A stretch of DNA of 64,000 nt, from NCBI GenBank assembly GCA_038087875.1, contig JAXLNO010000385.1, positions 1,054,001 to 1,118,000 on the forward strand. Direction: 5' to 3'. The DNA is from Malacoraja senta (Eukaryota). The notes beneath the pieces are model-generated. The model was not told the origin of the DNA and ran no database searches. It saw nothing but the letters and a program-made list of their open reading frames with translations. Shown piece by piece: positions 1-12,955 of the stretch. Both the position numbers and the translations under genes were made by a program. Numbering within the stretch: position 1 is the stretch's first letter; the number at the start of each line of letters is the position of its first letter.

Positions 1-105
1 GTCATCCGTCGTGGCTGGCCTGACCGTCGCTCATCCTTGCCGGCTGGTGCTGCGCCCTACTTCCTAGTCCGGGATGAACTTGTGCTGCATGCCGGCGTGG
101 TGGTG

Positions 106-1022
106 ACAAAGGACAAAGGACAAAGGACATTTATTGTCACATACACCAAATGGTGTAGTGAAATTTGTTCTTGCCATGCAGCACAAATAGACACAACATT
201 AAAGAAATTTAACATAAAACATAAAAACATCCCCCCCACAATGGATCCCACTGTGGGGGAAGGCACAAAGTCCAGTCCATATCCCCCATGTCCACCCATA
301 GTCTGGCCTATATAGGCCTCCACAGTCGCCGCTACGGGGGCCGATGTTACAGGCCCTTCTTCGCCGGGTGATGGTGCTCCGGCGTCGGGAGAACCCTCTC
401 AGCAGCTTGGGACACCTGGAACGGCCGTCTCCCTACCGGAGTCCGCGGCTTCCGAAGCCGACAGGCCGCGCTCGATGGAGCTCCACCACTGGCGATCTCG
501 TCGCGAGATCCCACGATGTTCACCGGCGGTCCCAGTTCACCGGAGTTCCAGCGCGGCGTCCCGGGGCAAGGCATCACCCGCTCCGCGATAGCGCTCCAGC
601 GCTGTGCCGCCCGCCCGCAGCTGACCACTGCAGTCCCGCAGCTCCGCGATGTTTCACCGGCGGTCCCCAGCTCACCGGAGTTCCAGCGCGGCGACCCGGG
701 CAAGGCATCGCCCGCTCCGCTCCGCGTTAGCGCTCCAGCGCTGTGCCGCCGCCGAAGCCGAGGTTCTGGGCGGTCCCCTCAGGAAACGCCGCTCCAGGCC
801 CGCTGGTAGTCCGCGAGGACAGGTCGAAAGTGCAGCCCGGAGAAAAGCTGCCTCTCCGACCAAGTATGGGACCCTAGAAAGTAGTTTCCCCCCTTCCCCC
901 CCACCCCCCACATAAAAAGAATAGCTCCTAAAAACAAAACAACTAACTAACTAAAAATAAAAAAAAGATGAAAACGGACAGCTGCAGGCTGGGCAGCCAT
1001 ACCACACAGGGACGGCGCCCCC
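106..1022 (-). mobile_element. Non-autonomous non-LTR element with Rex1-type 3' tail, inserted in Gypsy A pol
   Basis: Minus-strand 3' end AAATTTCAC-TACACC-ATTT-GGTGTA-TGTGA-CAATAAA-(TGTCCTT)n; GC-rich body with no recognisable ORF; internal ~133-bp-period duplication (514-611 / 647-752); pol homology stops and resumes at its edges. Confidence 0.7.
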
Positions 1023-2378
1023 CTATGGGTTGTGGGACCACTATTTCCTAACTGCCCCACAGCGGCCATCCCGGAGCCGATGCCACCCTGTCCCAGGCCC
1101 CAGAGCCAATTTTATTGGCCCGGCATGGCACAGGACGCCTGCTCAACCTGCAATACCCTCTCTCCCCACCAGGCAAACGCCAGCCACTCCTGCAACAGCC
1201 TGCCCCCGACCTGGCGTGGATGGCGGTCGATACTGACATATTTGAGTGGCGTGGCAAAACATTTCCTGGACCTTGTAGACTCCTATTCCAGCTGGTTCGA
1301 GGTGGATCAGCTGCACTCCCTCACTTCTGCTGCTGTCATCGGGAAGCTGCGCCGCAACTTTGGGATCTTTGGCCCTTCTGTGACTTTGCAGTCTGACAAC
1401 GGCGGCCAGTTCTCGAGTGCGGAGTTCCGCGCCTTCGCTGCCGCCTGGAACTTTCGCCACATCACCAGCAGCCCTGAGTACCCACAGAGCAACGGCCTTG
1501 CTGAGCGCGCCGTCCGCAGTGCCAAGGAGCCGTTGGAGAAGTGCAGACTATCGCACTCGGATTTTTACCTGGCCCTACTGAATCTCCGCAATATTTCTCG
1601 TGACTCTGCCCCTGGGCTCGCCTGCTCAGCGGCTCATGTCCCGCACCACACGCCCTCCGATCCCTGTCTCCCAGCGATCCCTAGAGCCCGCGGTCCGCAG
1701 CCCTGCTGCTGTCCGGGAGCACATTGCCCAGAAACAGGCTATCCAGAAGCGCTCCCACGACAAGTCCTGCCGTCCCCTTCCGCGTCTCTTCCAGGGGCAA
1801 GGTCGTCCGGATGCAGTCCCCCCTCAGGGACACTACCGGCTGGCTGTGGTCGTCGGCTCTGCAGACTCTCCGCGGTCTTACCTGGTTGACTACGAGGGTA
1901 CCACCTACCGCCGGCCCCGCCAGCATTTGCTGCCGGTTCAACGAGCCCGCTCCGCCCTTCTGCAGCCCCTTTTGCACCTCCGGTTGCTACCTCTCTGCCT
2001 ACCGCTCCTCACATGCCCAGAAACTCTGCCCTCTCAACCCTTGGTGCCCCGTTCTCCCACTGCTCCTACCTCTCCCGCTCGCGTGCCCGCTGCGGTGCCC
2101 GTTTCTCCTCCCCGGTCTCCTCGTCCTCCCTCTCCTGCTCATTTCTCCTGCCCGTTCCCCTATCACCGCTCCTGCTCCTGTCCCTGCTCTTCCTTCGGGG
2201 GGGGGAGGGGCGGGCTGCGTACCCGCTCCGGGCGGTTGGTCAAGCCGCCTATGCGTTACGGGGAGACTGCTTGAATGTTTCAAGTTTTTCCTGCCGGTGT
2301 ACGCGCGGGTGTGTTTCTAGCGTATGAGTCGTGGTCGCATTGTCATCATTGTAATGTTTTGTTTTCCAAGGGGAAGGA

Positions 2379-2590
2379 TGTAGATCAGTGCATGCTCCTT
2401 TAACATAGGAGACCTCACCACTACTAACCACTCCCCATTATCTTCAGTATAATTGTAGCCTCCACACCCCCAGCTCTCTCTCTAGCTCCGGTGACGGACC
2501 ACGAGCAGCTAGGGCACTATGTGTGTGTATGATTACTATGTCTGCAATAAACTAGTAGTGAAGACTTCACGTGTCTGACGAGTCTTTACA
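2379..2590 (+). repeat. Gypsy A 3' LTR (212 bp)
   Basis: Polypurine tract AAGGGGAAGGA (2368-2378) directly followed by TGTA...TACA; internal AATAAA; Gypsy B sequence resumes right after 2590. Confidence 0.85.
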
Positions 2591-5500
2591 GAGCGGAGGT
2601 TTGGGACAATGTTCATGCCTTCACAGTGATGTGATGGACGCGGGGGTCTGGACAAATCGCTGACAAGTCCCGCCCCCGGCAACGTCATGTCCGCTATTGG
2701 ACTTTTCTGTTGAGCGGGCAGTCGGTCCTTAGGCTTGTTGGCGACGCCGCCTTTCGGTAGGTGGCGTTTTGTCAGAGCGGCCATTCGGTAAGTTTGCTTT
2801 TAGGCGACGCAGCTTTTCGGTTCTTTGGCTTTTAGGCGTCCCGCCCTTTCGGTTAGTTTGCACTTAGGCATCCCGTCCTTTTCGGTTAGTAGGCGTTTCG
2901 TCTTCGGACTCTTTCGGGTTATTGGCGTTTCGGCCTCGTTTCCATTCGGTTCTTTGGCTTCGACTTCTTTGCTTCGGCTTCTTGTCTGTCGGCGCCACGT
3001 CTGGGTATCATCTGGCCAGCCGTGCTTAATGACAGAAGTTATCGACCGTAGGGTCTTGTCTGTCGGCGCCCCGTCTGGGTATCATCTGGCCAGCCGTGCT
3101 TAATGGACAGAAGTTAGCGACCGTAGGGTCTTGTCTGTCGGCGCCACGTCTGGGTATCATCTGGCCAGCCGTGCTTAATGACAGAAGTTAGCGACCGTAG
3201 GGTCTTGTCTGTCGGCGCCACGTCTGGGTATCATCTGGCCAGCCGTGCTTAATGACAGAAGTTAGCGACCGTATGGTCTTGTCTGTCGGCGCCACGTCTG
3301 GTATCATCTGGCCAGCCGTGCTTAATGACAGAAGTTAGCGACCGTAGGGTCTTGTCTGTCGGCGCCCACGTCTGGGTATCATCTGGCCAGCCGTGCTTAA
3401 TGACAGAAGTTAGCGACCGTAGGGTCTTGTCTGTAGGCGCCACGACTGCGTATCATCTGGCCAGCCGTGGTTAATGACAGAAGTTAGCGACCGTAGGGTC
3501 TTGTCGCTGGCAGTCTGGGCAACCAGGTCCACCATCCAAGATGAAGGGATGAAAGATACAGTCATCACGATAAAGTCATCATCCTGCGAGGGCATATCCT
3601 CGCTGGTCGTCCGAGATGCATGTGAAAGAGTGTCCGCCAGGTGCATATCCATTCCACGTTTGTAGGTCAGGACGATGTCATATTTTTGAAGTTGTAGTAA
3701 CATCCGTTGTGGGGCGCGCAGGAGAGTTATGAATGGGTTTATTGAAAATGCTGATAAGAGGTTGGTGGTCGGTTTTAATTGTAATAGTGCGACCAAAGAT
3801 GATATCGTTGAACTTTTTGCAGGCGAACACAACCGCAAACAGCTCTTCTCCGATTTGGGCGAATCGTTGTTCTGTCAGACATGGTTCGCGAGGCATAAGC
3901 GACAGGTTTATTGTCATGGCCCTCATTCTGAAAGCATGCAGCGCGGAGCCCATGTTGTGAGGCGGCACATGGCACATGGCAGTAATAGGCAGTCTAGGAT
4001 CAAAGTACGCTAGAGTAGGGGTGGCCGACATATGCTGTTTAAGAAAGTCAAATGCTGTCTGTTATTGCTCATGCCAGGTCTAAGCAGATTCGTTGTGTGT
4101 GAGATGGCACAATGGAGTTGATATTTCGCTGAAATCTGGAATGAATCTGCTCAAATAGTTAGCCATGCCAAAGGACCTCTGTAAACTGAGCACATCTGTT
4201 GTGGGTGCTGGAAGCTCATTAATTGCACTGGTTTTCGCTGGATCCGTTTTTATGCCGTCTTTGGTAAATATATGGCCTAAGTATTTTACCTCATTCACTC
4301 TGAATTAGCATTTTTTAGGATTTAGCTTGAGATGGATGGCCTCTGCACGCCTCAATACTTTTGTCAGATTGGCATCGTGCTCCTTGACCGTTTCCCAGCA
4401 ATGAGGATATCGTCCACTACGATGGACATGGGTATCCTGCAAACAATTGTTCCATGGATAGTTGAAATACTTCACTGGCAGAACTTATACCAAAAGGCAT
4501 CCTCAGAAATTTATGACGTCCGAACGGAGTACTGAAAGTTGTCAACTTGGAGGAGTTATGTTCCAGTGGAATCTGCCAGAAGGAGCTCTTGGCATCTTGC
4601 ACTGTGAATATAGTTGCTTCAGCCATCTGCGCCGCAATCTTGTCCACAGAGCACATAGGATAACCCGCCGTTTAATTTCTGTATTTAGGTCCTTGGGGTT
4701 GTAACAATCCGTATCTCATCTGTTATTCTTAGAAGCGACAACCATTATGGAGACCCAGTCCGAGGGGTCACTTACGGGAGTAATCACACCCAGTCACCAT
4801 TCTGTTAAGTTCACTTTGAACGCGATCCCGCATAGCGTGGGGAATCTTGAGAGCCGGACGAACAACTGGGATTGCCTCAGTGTCCATAGTAATCATGGAT
4901 CTAACAGTGAACTTGCCCAGCTTATCATTAAACAAATCCTTGTATTGTGTTAGAATTTGATGTGTTAAAATCATAGACTGTAGACAGTGGACAGACAGAA
5001 GGGCCGAAAGAAACTAAACCCATGTCTAGGCTTGCATCGGCACCCAGCATGGATGGTACCTTCTCGGGTACCACGTAGAAATCCAGGATGTGGTCACTTG
5101 AGTTGAGACAGCAACGTAACTCTACTTGGCCGATAGGGTGTTGTCGAGAACCATCAAATGAGACAAGTGATGCAGTTGTATGAGTTAAAGTTTCTGTGTT
5201 TTTCAGCATCTGGAAGACAGCCAAAGAGATTACATTGCAGCGCGCCCCCGTCGACCTTGATACAAAGGGTTCTGCCATTAATAAGCAATGCAACCTTGGG
5301 TTCTAGCCGGTTGTGCACTGAATTAGACAAAGCATTTACATCAATCTCTGCACTATCGCCATCTGTTTGTTCATCCATGGGAACTAGGTGAGCGAACTGG
5401 GAGCTTGATATTCATTATGGTTTGGCGAGTTGACAGACTGTCTCATTTGAAATCTGTCACTGCGTGAACGACAGCATTTGACGAAATGGTTTATTTTATT

Positions 5501-5813
5501 GCAGAATCGACAGTTTTCCATACGCAGGGCACCGGTCGCGAACTGCAATATGTGATCCCCCACAGTTAAAACAATTAGCGATCAATCTTAGGTTATTAGC
5601 TGGCCCCTGTGACGAGCGAGCAGGAGTTTGATAAGACAAGCTGGCCGCATTAACTTAACGAGCAGCAGAGTGTCCAAGAGATTGAATGTGAGCATTAGTC
5701 AGTTCAGCTATGCGACAGCGGTTTTCAACAGCCGCTAAAGTCAGGTCAACTTCCTGCAGTAATTCATCGCGTAATTCATCATTCAATATGCCATGGATTA
5801 AGCGGTCCCGTAC
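2591..5813 (-). mobile_element. Gypsy B copy 1, gag C-half/PR/RT/RNase H remnant
   Basis: RDRLIHGI gag motif, CCHC knuckle, KVDGGA protease remnant, DAKSSFWQIPL/RMPFGISSA RT, KTDHQPL/LADTLS RNase H; many frameshifts; colinear with 24100-26760. Confidence 0.9.
2981..3505. repeat. Tandem array of 7 x ~74-bp units inside Gypsy B copy 1
   Basis: Unit CTTGTCTGTCGGCGCCACGTCTGGGTATCATC...GACCGTAGGGT starts at ~2981, 3055, 3130, 3204, 3278, 3351, 3426. Confidence 0.95.
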
Positions 5814-5960
5814 CACTTCCGGTTGCATCATGATGTGGTGAAGGTGCAGCATTGAACTCAGCTCCTGCTAAAATCGTGTAAAAAGCCGTTTTTAAAGTCG
5901 GGACCGATTTAAAACACCCACCGGGGCTGCTTGATGTCGTGGGAGTGACGGGATCTTCAG

Positions 5961-7056
5961 ATGAGTAAAGGAAAACATCAACGGGGACCCAAGAAATCGA
6001 CTATCAGAATCTTGCGGGTTGAAGACTTGGCAGCCCTCCAAACAACAACTAAAAGCTCAGACGAAGAAGGTGATCCTCAACTAGCAGTTTCTGAAATGGC
6101 TACAAAAGGAGATACAAAAGGGATAGAAAAGGAGAAAGAGATGAAGCAGTGGGAACAAACGGTAAGAGCTAATCTTACTAAAGATCTTACCACAGATCTC
6201 ACTAAGGAATTCTCCAAAATGCTTACTAGCATGAATAATAAACTGGAGAATAAAGTCTCTAAAATGGAGGTTAATTTGTCTAAGAAAATAGATTCTGCAT
6301 GTGATGAATCAAATGAACAGTTTGACTCTTTGAAGCAGCGGCTTATGGATTTGGATCAGAAGACAAATCAGGAATTTTGCGAGAATGGAATATGATTATA
6401 ATAAGAAAATTGGTGAACTGACTGAAGGAGTCGATACGTCGATAGAAGATATGAAGGTTGAAATGCGTGAGATGTCTCAAGAAATATCGACCCTGAAAGA
6501 AGAACAGGGGTCTAATCGAGAGCAATTGAATAAACTGACTGATAAATCTCAAGATTTGGAAGCTAGATCAAGGAGACAGAACTTGAGGATTGTAGGAGTA
6601 AAGGAGGGACAAGAGCTTGGAATTCTAATGATCGAACTTGCCACTAAAATACTCAAAGATGTCTTTAAGTTGAAGGAAAACCCGAGGATTGATGTGGCAC
6701 ATCGGGTAGGTCGCTTCAGAAGAGAAATAAATGCTCCCCCAAGACAGATCATTGTGCAATTTTTGGACATTTCAACCCTAGAAAAACTTATGAAGATGAT
6801 ACCACATGGGGAGAGGCTTACATTTGATGGAGAGACGGTCAGATTCTACAGGGACTACCCACGCGAAATACTGGAGAAACGGAATCAGTTTAAAAGAGTT
6901 AACAACATTCTGCAAGGGAAACCAGGTGTGAAATACGGTGTTGTGTACCCGGCGAAAATGAAGAGTACTTACAACTCTATTCAACGTGCTTTCACGGATT
7001 CGGATAATTACGCACAAGATATTGTAAAGAAAATAGAAGTCAAAGTTGATGATTAA
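5961..7056 (+). pseudogene. L1 ORF1p (coiled coil + RRM + CTD), frameshifted near 6390
   Basis: DLEARSRRQNLRIVGVKEG, IDVAHRV, PRQIIVQF, RFYRDYP, YPAKM motifs split over ORFs 5961-6395 and 6385-7056. Confidence 0.9.
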
Positions 7057-8240
7057 GTTTGTTAATGGAAAACTGTGCTGTAATTAAGATGGTGGAACTG
7101 CTCTAGACATTAACCAGACAGGCTTATCTGTCTGGAATGTGTATTCAATGTTCAAGCCCTGGTTTCAACCTTGAACGGATAAGATAAATAATTGAAAGGA
7201 GGACATTTTAAAGGAAATTATGGACTTGCGAAATGTTTTAATTAATATAGTATATATGTAATGTAAAAATTAACTATCTATTTAAATTTAATATTACTAA
7301 TCAATGGTTAAGCCATTATATTAATATTATATTAATATGATTAACCAATGTAGAAATCTAATGGATTTTGGGGGATAAGGGGCCTATAGGGATGATTATT
7401 ATTAACAGATATATAATGTTAACACGGCTGAAAAGAAATGAAATATAATTTAGGATGTACACTAACACACTATAATTAATGAAAAGGGGTATAAGAAGAT
7501 TATAACATTGTAAATCTGTGTGAGGAAACAGGCGTTAATGATTTGGAAAAGTTCAAGAGGTCTGGGCTCGAAGTCGGGTGTATTTAAGATAAGAAATGTA
7601 ACCCTTGAAACAGGCTGGTAATTAAGGAACAGATGAATAGATTTGGATACAGGCACAGGGCATGTGTTTTTATGTTTTACAATTTTACAACTCTGTGATA
7701 CCGAGCAAGTAACATAGAAGGTTTAAAATCGGGGTAAATAAGAGAATATTTGAAATAGTAAAGATGATGATGATAACTTTCTATTGTTGAAATTTTTTTT
7801 TCTTTATTTCTGTTTTATACGGCCTGACCAGATAAATTTTTGTTAAGGACATTTTTATTTTTATTTTTATTTTTTTAGATATAATAAGATATATTTAGAT
7901 GAAACGGCATATAGTTATAAATGACAGTGTATTTAGGGGGCTGAACTCAATGTATAATTCCATCTACGGAGGTCAATAATTTTTTGGCCATCATAGATGG
8001 CTTCTTGTATTTAGGGTATCACCTTTTTGATACCTTAAACTCACTTTTTTTTTGTATTTACTTTTACGTTGTTTATCTAACAACTTTTCTTTCTTTCCTC
8101 ACTATTTCTCAACACACTTTTCTCTTTTTCTTATGGAGGTTCAATATATGGAGAGGGAAAATGACATCAGAAGTATGGGATGATACCCATATACACAAAA
8201 ACTACACCACATGAAGCAAAATTACCAAAACCTATTTACA

Positions 8241-11200
8241 ATGCAGGATAATAAGGAAAAAAAGAATGGAGGATTCACATTTTGTAGTTGGAATATTAGG
8301 GGTGCGAATGATCCAATTAAAAGAGCAAGATTATGGCCCAGTTAAAATCTTTAAATGTGGACATAGCTTTTCTGCAAGAAACGCATACGAAACTAAGGGC
8401 AAACTGAATAGGCCAAACTTATTACTCGTTATTTAATGCTAAAGCTAGAGGAACGGTTATTATTATTCGGAAAGGTATACCATTTATATTACAGAACACT
8501 ATATCTGATAAAGAAGGAAGGTACACGATAGTGGCGGGAGAAATTTATTCTACACTACTGACTCTGATAAATATTTATGCTCCAAATTTTGATAACCCGT
8601 AATTTTTAAAGAAAATTATGGATATAATAGATAAGTATAATTTTCAAAATGTAATACTGGGGAGGGAGGGACTTTAAGCGTGTTATAGACTCAATATTTA
8701 GACAAATCAATAAAATTAAGGAAGGGTAGTGTCAAATCCAAGTCTAGTGAATTCTTAAACACATATATAAAAAACACTAATATAACAGATGTATGGAGAA
8801 TAGCTAATCCAACTGGAAGGGAATACTCGTTTTACTCATCAGTACACAAAACGTACTCAAGAATTGATTATTTCTTAGTGGATACAAAATTAATACCATA
8901 TACGATTAATCCTAAATACCACAATAGTATTATTTCCGATCACTCCCCGTTGACTTTTACTTTAAAACTTGAGGGAATGCCAGGATAAAATTCTTTTGGA
9001 GATTTAACACACAAATAGCTAATGACTCACAAGGTTACGAGTATTTAAAACAGCAAATGAAATTTTTTTTTTAAGACAAACGAGACACAGTAATTCACCA
9101 TCTCTATTATGGGAATCTTTTAAGGCATTCATCCGTGGGAGTTATAATTTCGTATCAAAGTTTTCTAATAAAAAAAACAGGACAGAACAATGGACGTTAG
9201 AAAAGGAAATTAAATTATTAGAATTAGGTAACGCAAAATTCCCAACTATAGATAAACATAATAAGATTACATTATTGAAATTTAAACTTAATCGAATATT
9301 ATCGGCAAGAGTAATAAGATTATTTCAGATCACAAAACAAGTACAGTTTGAATTTGGGGACAAACCACATAAACTTCTGGCACGATAATTGAAGAAGCAA
9401 GAAAAGGAAAAAACAATTATTAAAATCAAATCAGAGAACGGGGAACTATTAACTTTACCTAAGGATATTAATAAAAGGTTCACTCAATTTGATCAAAATT
9501 TATATACATCTATAAAATAGAAGACAATGAAATTATAAATTTTTTTAGATAATTGTAATTTGCAAAAACTGGATATTTTAGAACAAGAGGAATTAGGATC
9601 GCAGATCACAAGTGAAGAAATAAGAGAAACAATAAAAGAACTGAAAAACGGGAAGACACCAGGGCCCGATGGTTTTAATAATGAATTCTATAAAAGATTT
9701 CAGGTGTTAATGGTCCCACGATTATTTAAATTATATACTTATGCTTTTACCGAAAAGAAATTACCAGAAACTTGAGCAGAATCTACAATTACGCTTATAC
9801 CAAAAAAAGATAAAGATCTAGAAGATCCGGGCTCGTATAGAGCTATATCACTTTTAAATACAGATCAATTAATTTTAGCAAAGATTTTAGCAAGAAGATT
9901 GAGTAAATATATTAATAAATTGATAAACATGGACCAAACGGGGTTTATACCTAAAAGACAATCAGTTAATAATTTGAGGTCTTTTTAATATAATGTATTC
10001 ACATAAAGTGGAAAAGGAAGACTTATCAGTTATATCTTTGGAGGCAGAGAAAGCATTTGATCAGGTAGATTGGCAGTATTTATATTTAGTATTCCAAAAA
10101 TTCAATATGGGAGATAATTTTATTAGCTGGGTGAAATTATTATATGATAAACCAATGGCAAGAATATTAACTAATAATATGTTGTCGCCAAAATTCCAAT
10201 TATCACGAGGCACTAGGCAGGGGGGTGTTTTATCACCCCTGCTATTTGCCCTTATGATAGAGCCTTTGGCTGAAAGGATAAGAACACATCCGAATATTCA
10301 GGGATACAATATTAAGGATTCTAATAATACAATTTCATTATATGCTGATGATATACTTTTATATATTAGAAATTCAGAAACGAGTATCCCGAATTTATTA
10401 AACGTATTTTGGCTCCTTTTCTGGATATAGAATAAATTGGAATAAAAGTGAAATTATGTCATTACAACCCCAGAAAGCGAATCATCTATTAAAATTTCCA
10501 TTTAAAATTGCAACGGATAAATTTAAATATTTTAGGTATTCAAGTTACTAGAAGATATAAATCATTATTTAATGCTAATTTTAGTCCTTTATTAAATAAA
10601 GTGAAATGCTCTGATTAAATTTTGGAAATCGCTCCCACTATCATTAATTGGCAGAATAAATGCTATAAAAATGATAGTTCTACCACAAATAATATATTTA
10701 TTTCAATCCATACCAATATATATACCAAAATATTTCTTTAAAAAACTAGACTCTAATATTACTAATTTTATTTGGGACTACAAAGCACATAGAATTAAAA
10801 GAAATCATCTGTGTAAACCTAAAGATGAATGGGGACTTGCACTGCCTAATTTTTTATATTATTATTGGGCAGTGCATATTAAGAATATCATTTATTGGTT
10901 GGACTGCCCTTCTCAACAGATGGAATGGATAAGAATGGAGAAAGAGGATTGTTTTCCGTACGATTTAGGAGCGATCCTCTTCTCCCCGATAAAATTGAAT
11001 AGAGATTTTAGAGATTCCTTTATTTGTCATTCAGACCTTTCGGTCTGAACGAAATTTCGTTGCCTGCAGTCATACATATAATAATAAATAACAAAAACAC
11101 ACAATAAACACAAATTAACATCCACCACAGTGAGGTCACCAGGCACCTCCTCACTGTGATGGAGGCAAACGTCTTAAAGTCTCTGTCTCTTCCCGCTTTG

Positions 11201-12636
11201 TTCTCCCTCTGCGCTGAGGCGATCCAGGCTTCTGATGTTGTGACCCCGCCGGGTGATGGTAAGTCAGTCCCGCGGCTGAATCCGTGCTCCGTCCGCGACC
11301 GGCCGGTTCAAACTCCGCGGGCCCGGGGTGGCCGAAGCTGCCGAAGCTGGCCGCCCTCCAGTCCAGCGGGAGCTCCAGAAAAACAGGTCACCAACCTGTG
11401 ACCTGCGCGCTCCCGACGATGTCGTCCACCGGGCCCCGCGGCCGAGCCTCCGGACTCAGGTCGCCACCAGTGTCCTCGGTCGCCACCGCCGGAACGCCAC
11501 CGCAGCCCCGAAGTTGGCCAGCCCCGCGCTGGTAAGTCGTGGCTCTGCCTCCGGAGCCTCGAGGTCGGTCTGTCGCAGTTGGAGTTGGAGGCCGGCAGCT
11601 CCGCCATTAGGCCTCAGCACATTATATAAGAAGAACCAATTATACATAATATAATTCGAATTTGGAAACAAATAAAATTAACTTTAAAATTAAGGAACTT
11701 ATCATCATTAACACCAATAGTGAATAACCCGGTATTTAAACCATCTATTATAGATAAAACATATAGAGAATGGGAAAGATTGGGAATTAAAAAGGTGGGT
11801 GACATGTATGAAATGGGAAATGTATTATCATTCAACAATTAAAATCAAAATTTAATCTGAATAATAACCAATACTTTAAATATTTACAGATATGTGACTT
11901 TATAAAGAAATATATACCAAGACTACAGAGCATAATGATAGACCCATTGGAAGAAGCAATGAATATTAAGGCGGACTCACAAAAATTAATATCATATTAT
12001 ATAATAGTATTCTTAATAGAGAATTGCCATCAACAGAGGCATTAGAGAAGACTGGGAAAAAGAATTAATGCCAACAATTTCTAAAGAAACATGGGAGAGG
12101 TATTTGATATATATACATAAATGTTCGATTAACGCCAGACATAATTTAATTCAATTAAAAAATATTACATAGATTATATTATTCAAAAGTTATGTTGAAT
12201 AAATTCTATCCAAATATTGCTCCCCATCTGCGATAAATGTCTTTCTCAAAATGCCAATATCACACATTCTTTCGTTTCTTGCACAAAACTTCATGGATTT
12301 TGGTGTGATATATTTGATATATTTACTAGTTTATTTAAGATAAAAATGGAACCTAATATGGAAACGATTATCTTCGGAGTAATAGGAGACGGAAACAAAT
12401 TAAATATATCCCAAATATCATTTTTTAATTATGGTTTAATAACAGCAAAAAAACCTCATACTTAAATTTTGGAAAAATGCTACTATACCAACACTCAAAA
12501 TGTGGATAGGTAATATGTTGGAAACTGCCCACTTGGAAGAAATGAGACTCCTCCTAATAGACAAACAAGACCAATTCTTAACGAGTTGGTCTCCATTATT
12601 GACCTTGTGGATTCATGTGGTGCAATAGTATTGTAA
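8241..12636 (+). pseudogene. L1 ORF2p (APE endonuclease-RT-Cys-rich), multiply disrupted
   Basis: SWNIRG, LQETH, SRIDY, SDHSP (endonuclease); KTPGPDGF, GTRQG..LSPLLF, YADD (RT); PICDKC..H...SC at the C-terminus; stops, frameshifts and an insertion at 11003-11617. Confidence 0.92.
11003..11617 (-). mobile_element. Non-autonomous Rex1-tailed element inserted in L1 ORF2
   Basis: GC-rich island in AT-rich L1; minus-strand tail AAATTTCGT-TCAGACC-GAAA-GGTCTGA-ATGA-CAAATAAA; removing it rejoins KLN|STLYKKN, which matches the homologous L1 segment at 29065-29328. Confidence 0.8.
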
Positions 12637-12955
12637 AATTAAAAAATTCTGGGTTTGGGCGAAAAATGATTAAGAACATAAAAAGCATCGACTTGTGGCG
12701 AGGAAAAATCTCCTTTCTGCTTCACTTTCTTACTTATTTATTTTCTTTACCTCACACTCACTAGACTTTTCTTTACTCTTCACTACTTCTTTCTTTCTCA
12801 TTTTTTTCTAAAAAAAAAAAAAAAGGGAAGTTGTACATAGAATGTTTTAATAGTTCTGAGAATCTGTAAAAAGGTACCATCAAAATGTAATGTACTTACT
12901 TCTAATAAATAAAAATTAAAAAACTAAAAATTAAAAAAAAAAAAAGTTCCCGTAC

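Larger units (their letters stand above)
1..2590 (+). mobile_element. Gypsy-type LTR retrotransposon 'Gypsy A', 3' part (degenerate integrase + PPT + 3' LTR), interrupted at 106-1022
   Basis: VIRRGWP..YFLVRDEL at 1-105; H2C2 remnant (AHSGHPG..FYWPGM..CSTC) from ~1030; integrase core VDSYSSWFEV/DNGGQF/SSPEYPQSNGLAERAV; C-terminal RTRSGRLVKPPMRY; several frameshifts. Confidence 0.9.
5814..12945 (+). mobile_element. Full-length, degenerate L1-clade LINE
   Basis: 5' end CACTTCCGG; ORF1 and ORF2 remnants; AATAAA + A-rich tail to 12945; TSD GGTCCCGTAC (5804-5813) / GTTCCCGTAC (12946-12955); splits Gypsy B gag. Confidence 0.95.

Noticed and set aside
5961..12636. Active L1 or other functional RT/integrase gene
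   Set aside because: Every L1, Gypsy and Rex1 reading frame in the window carries stops, frameshifts or truncations
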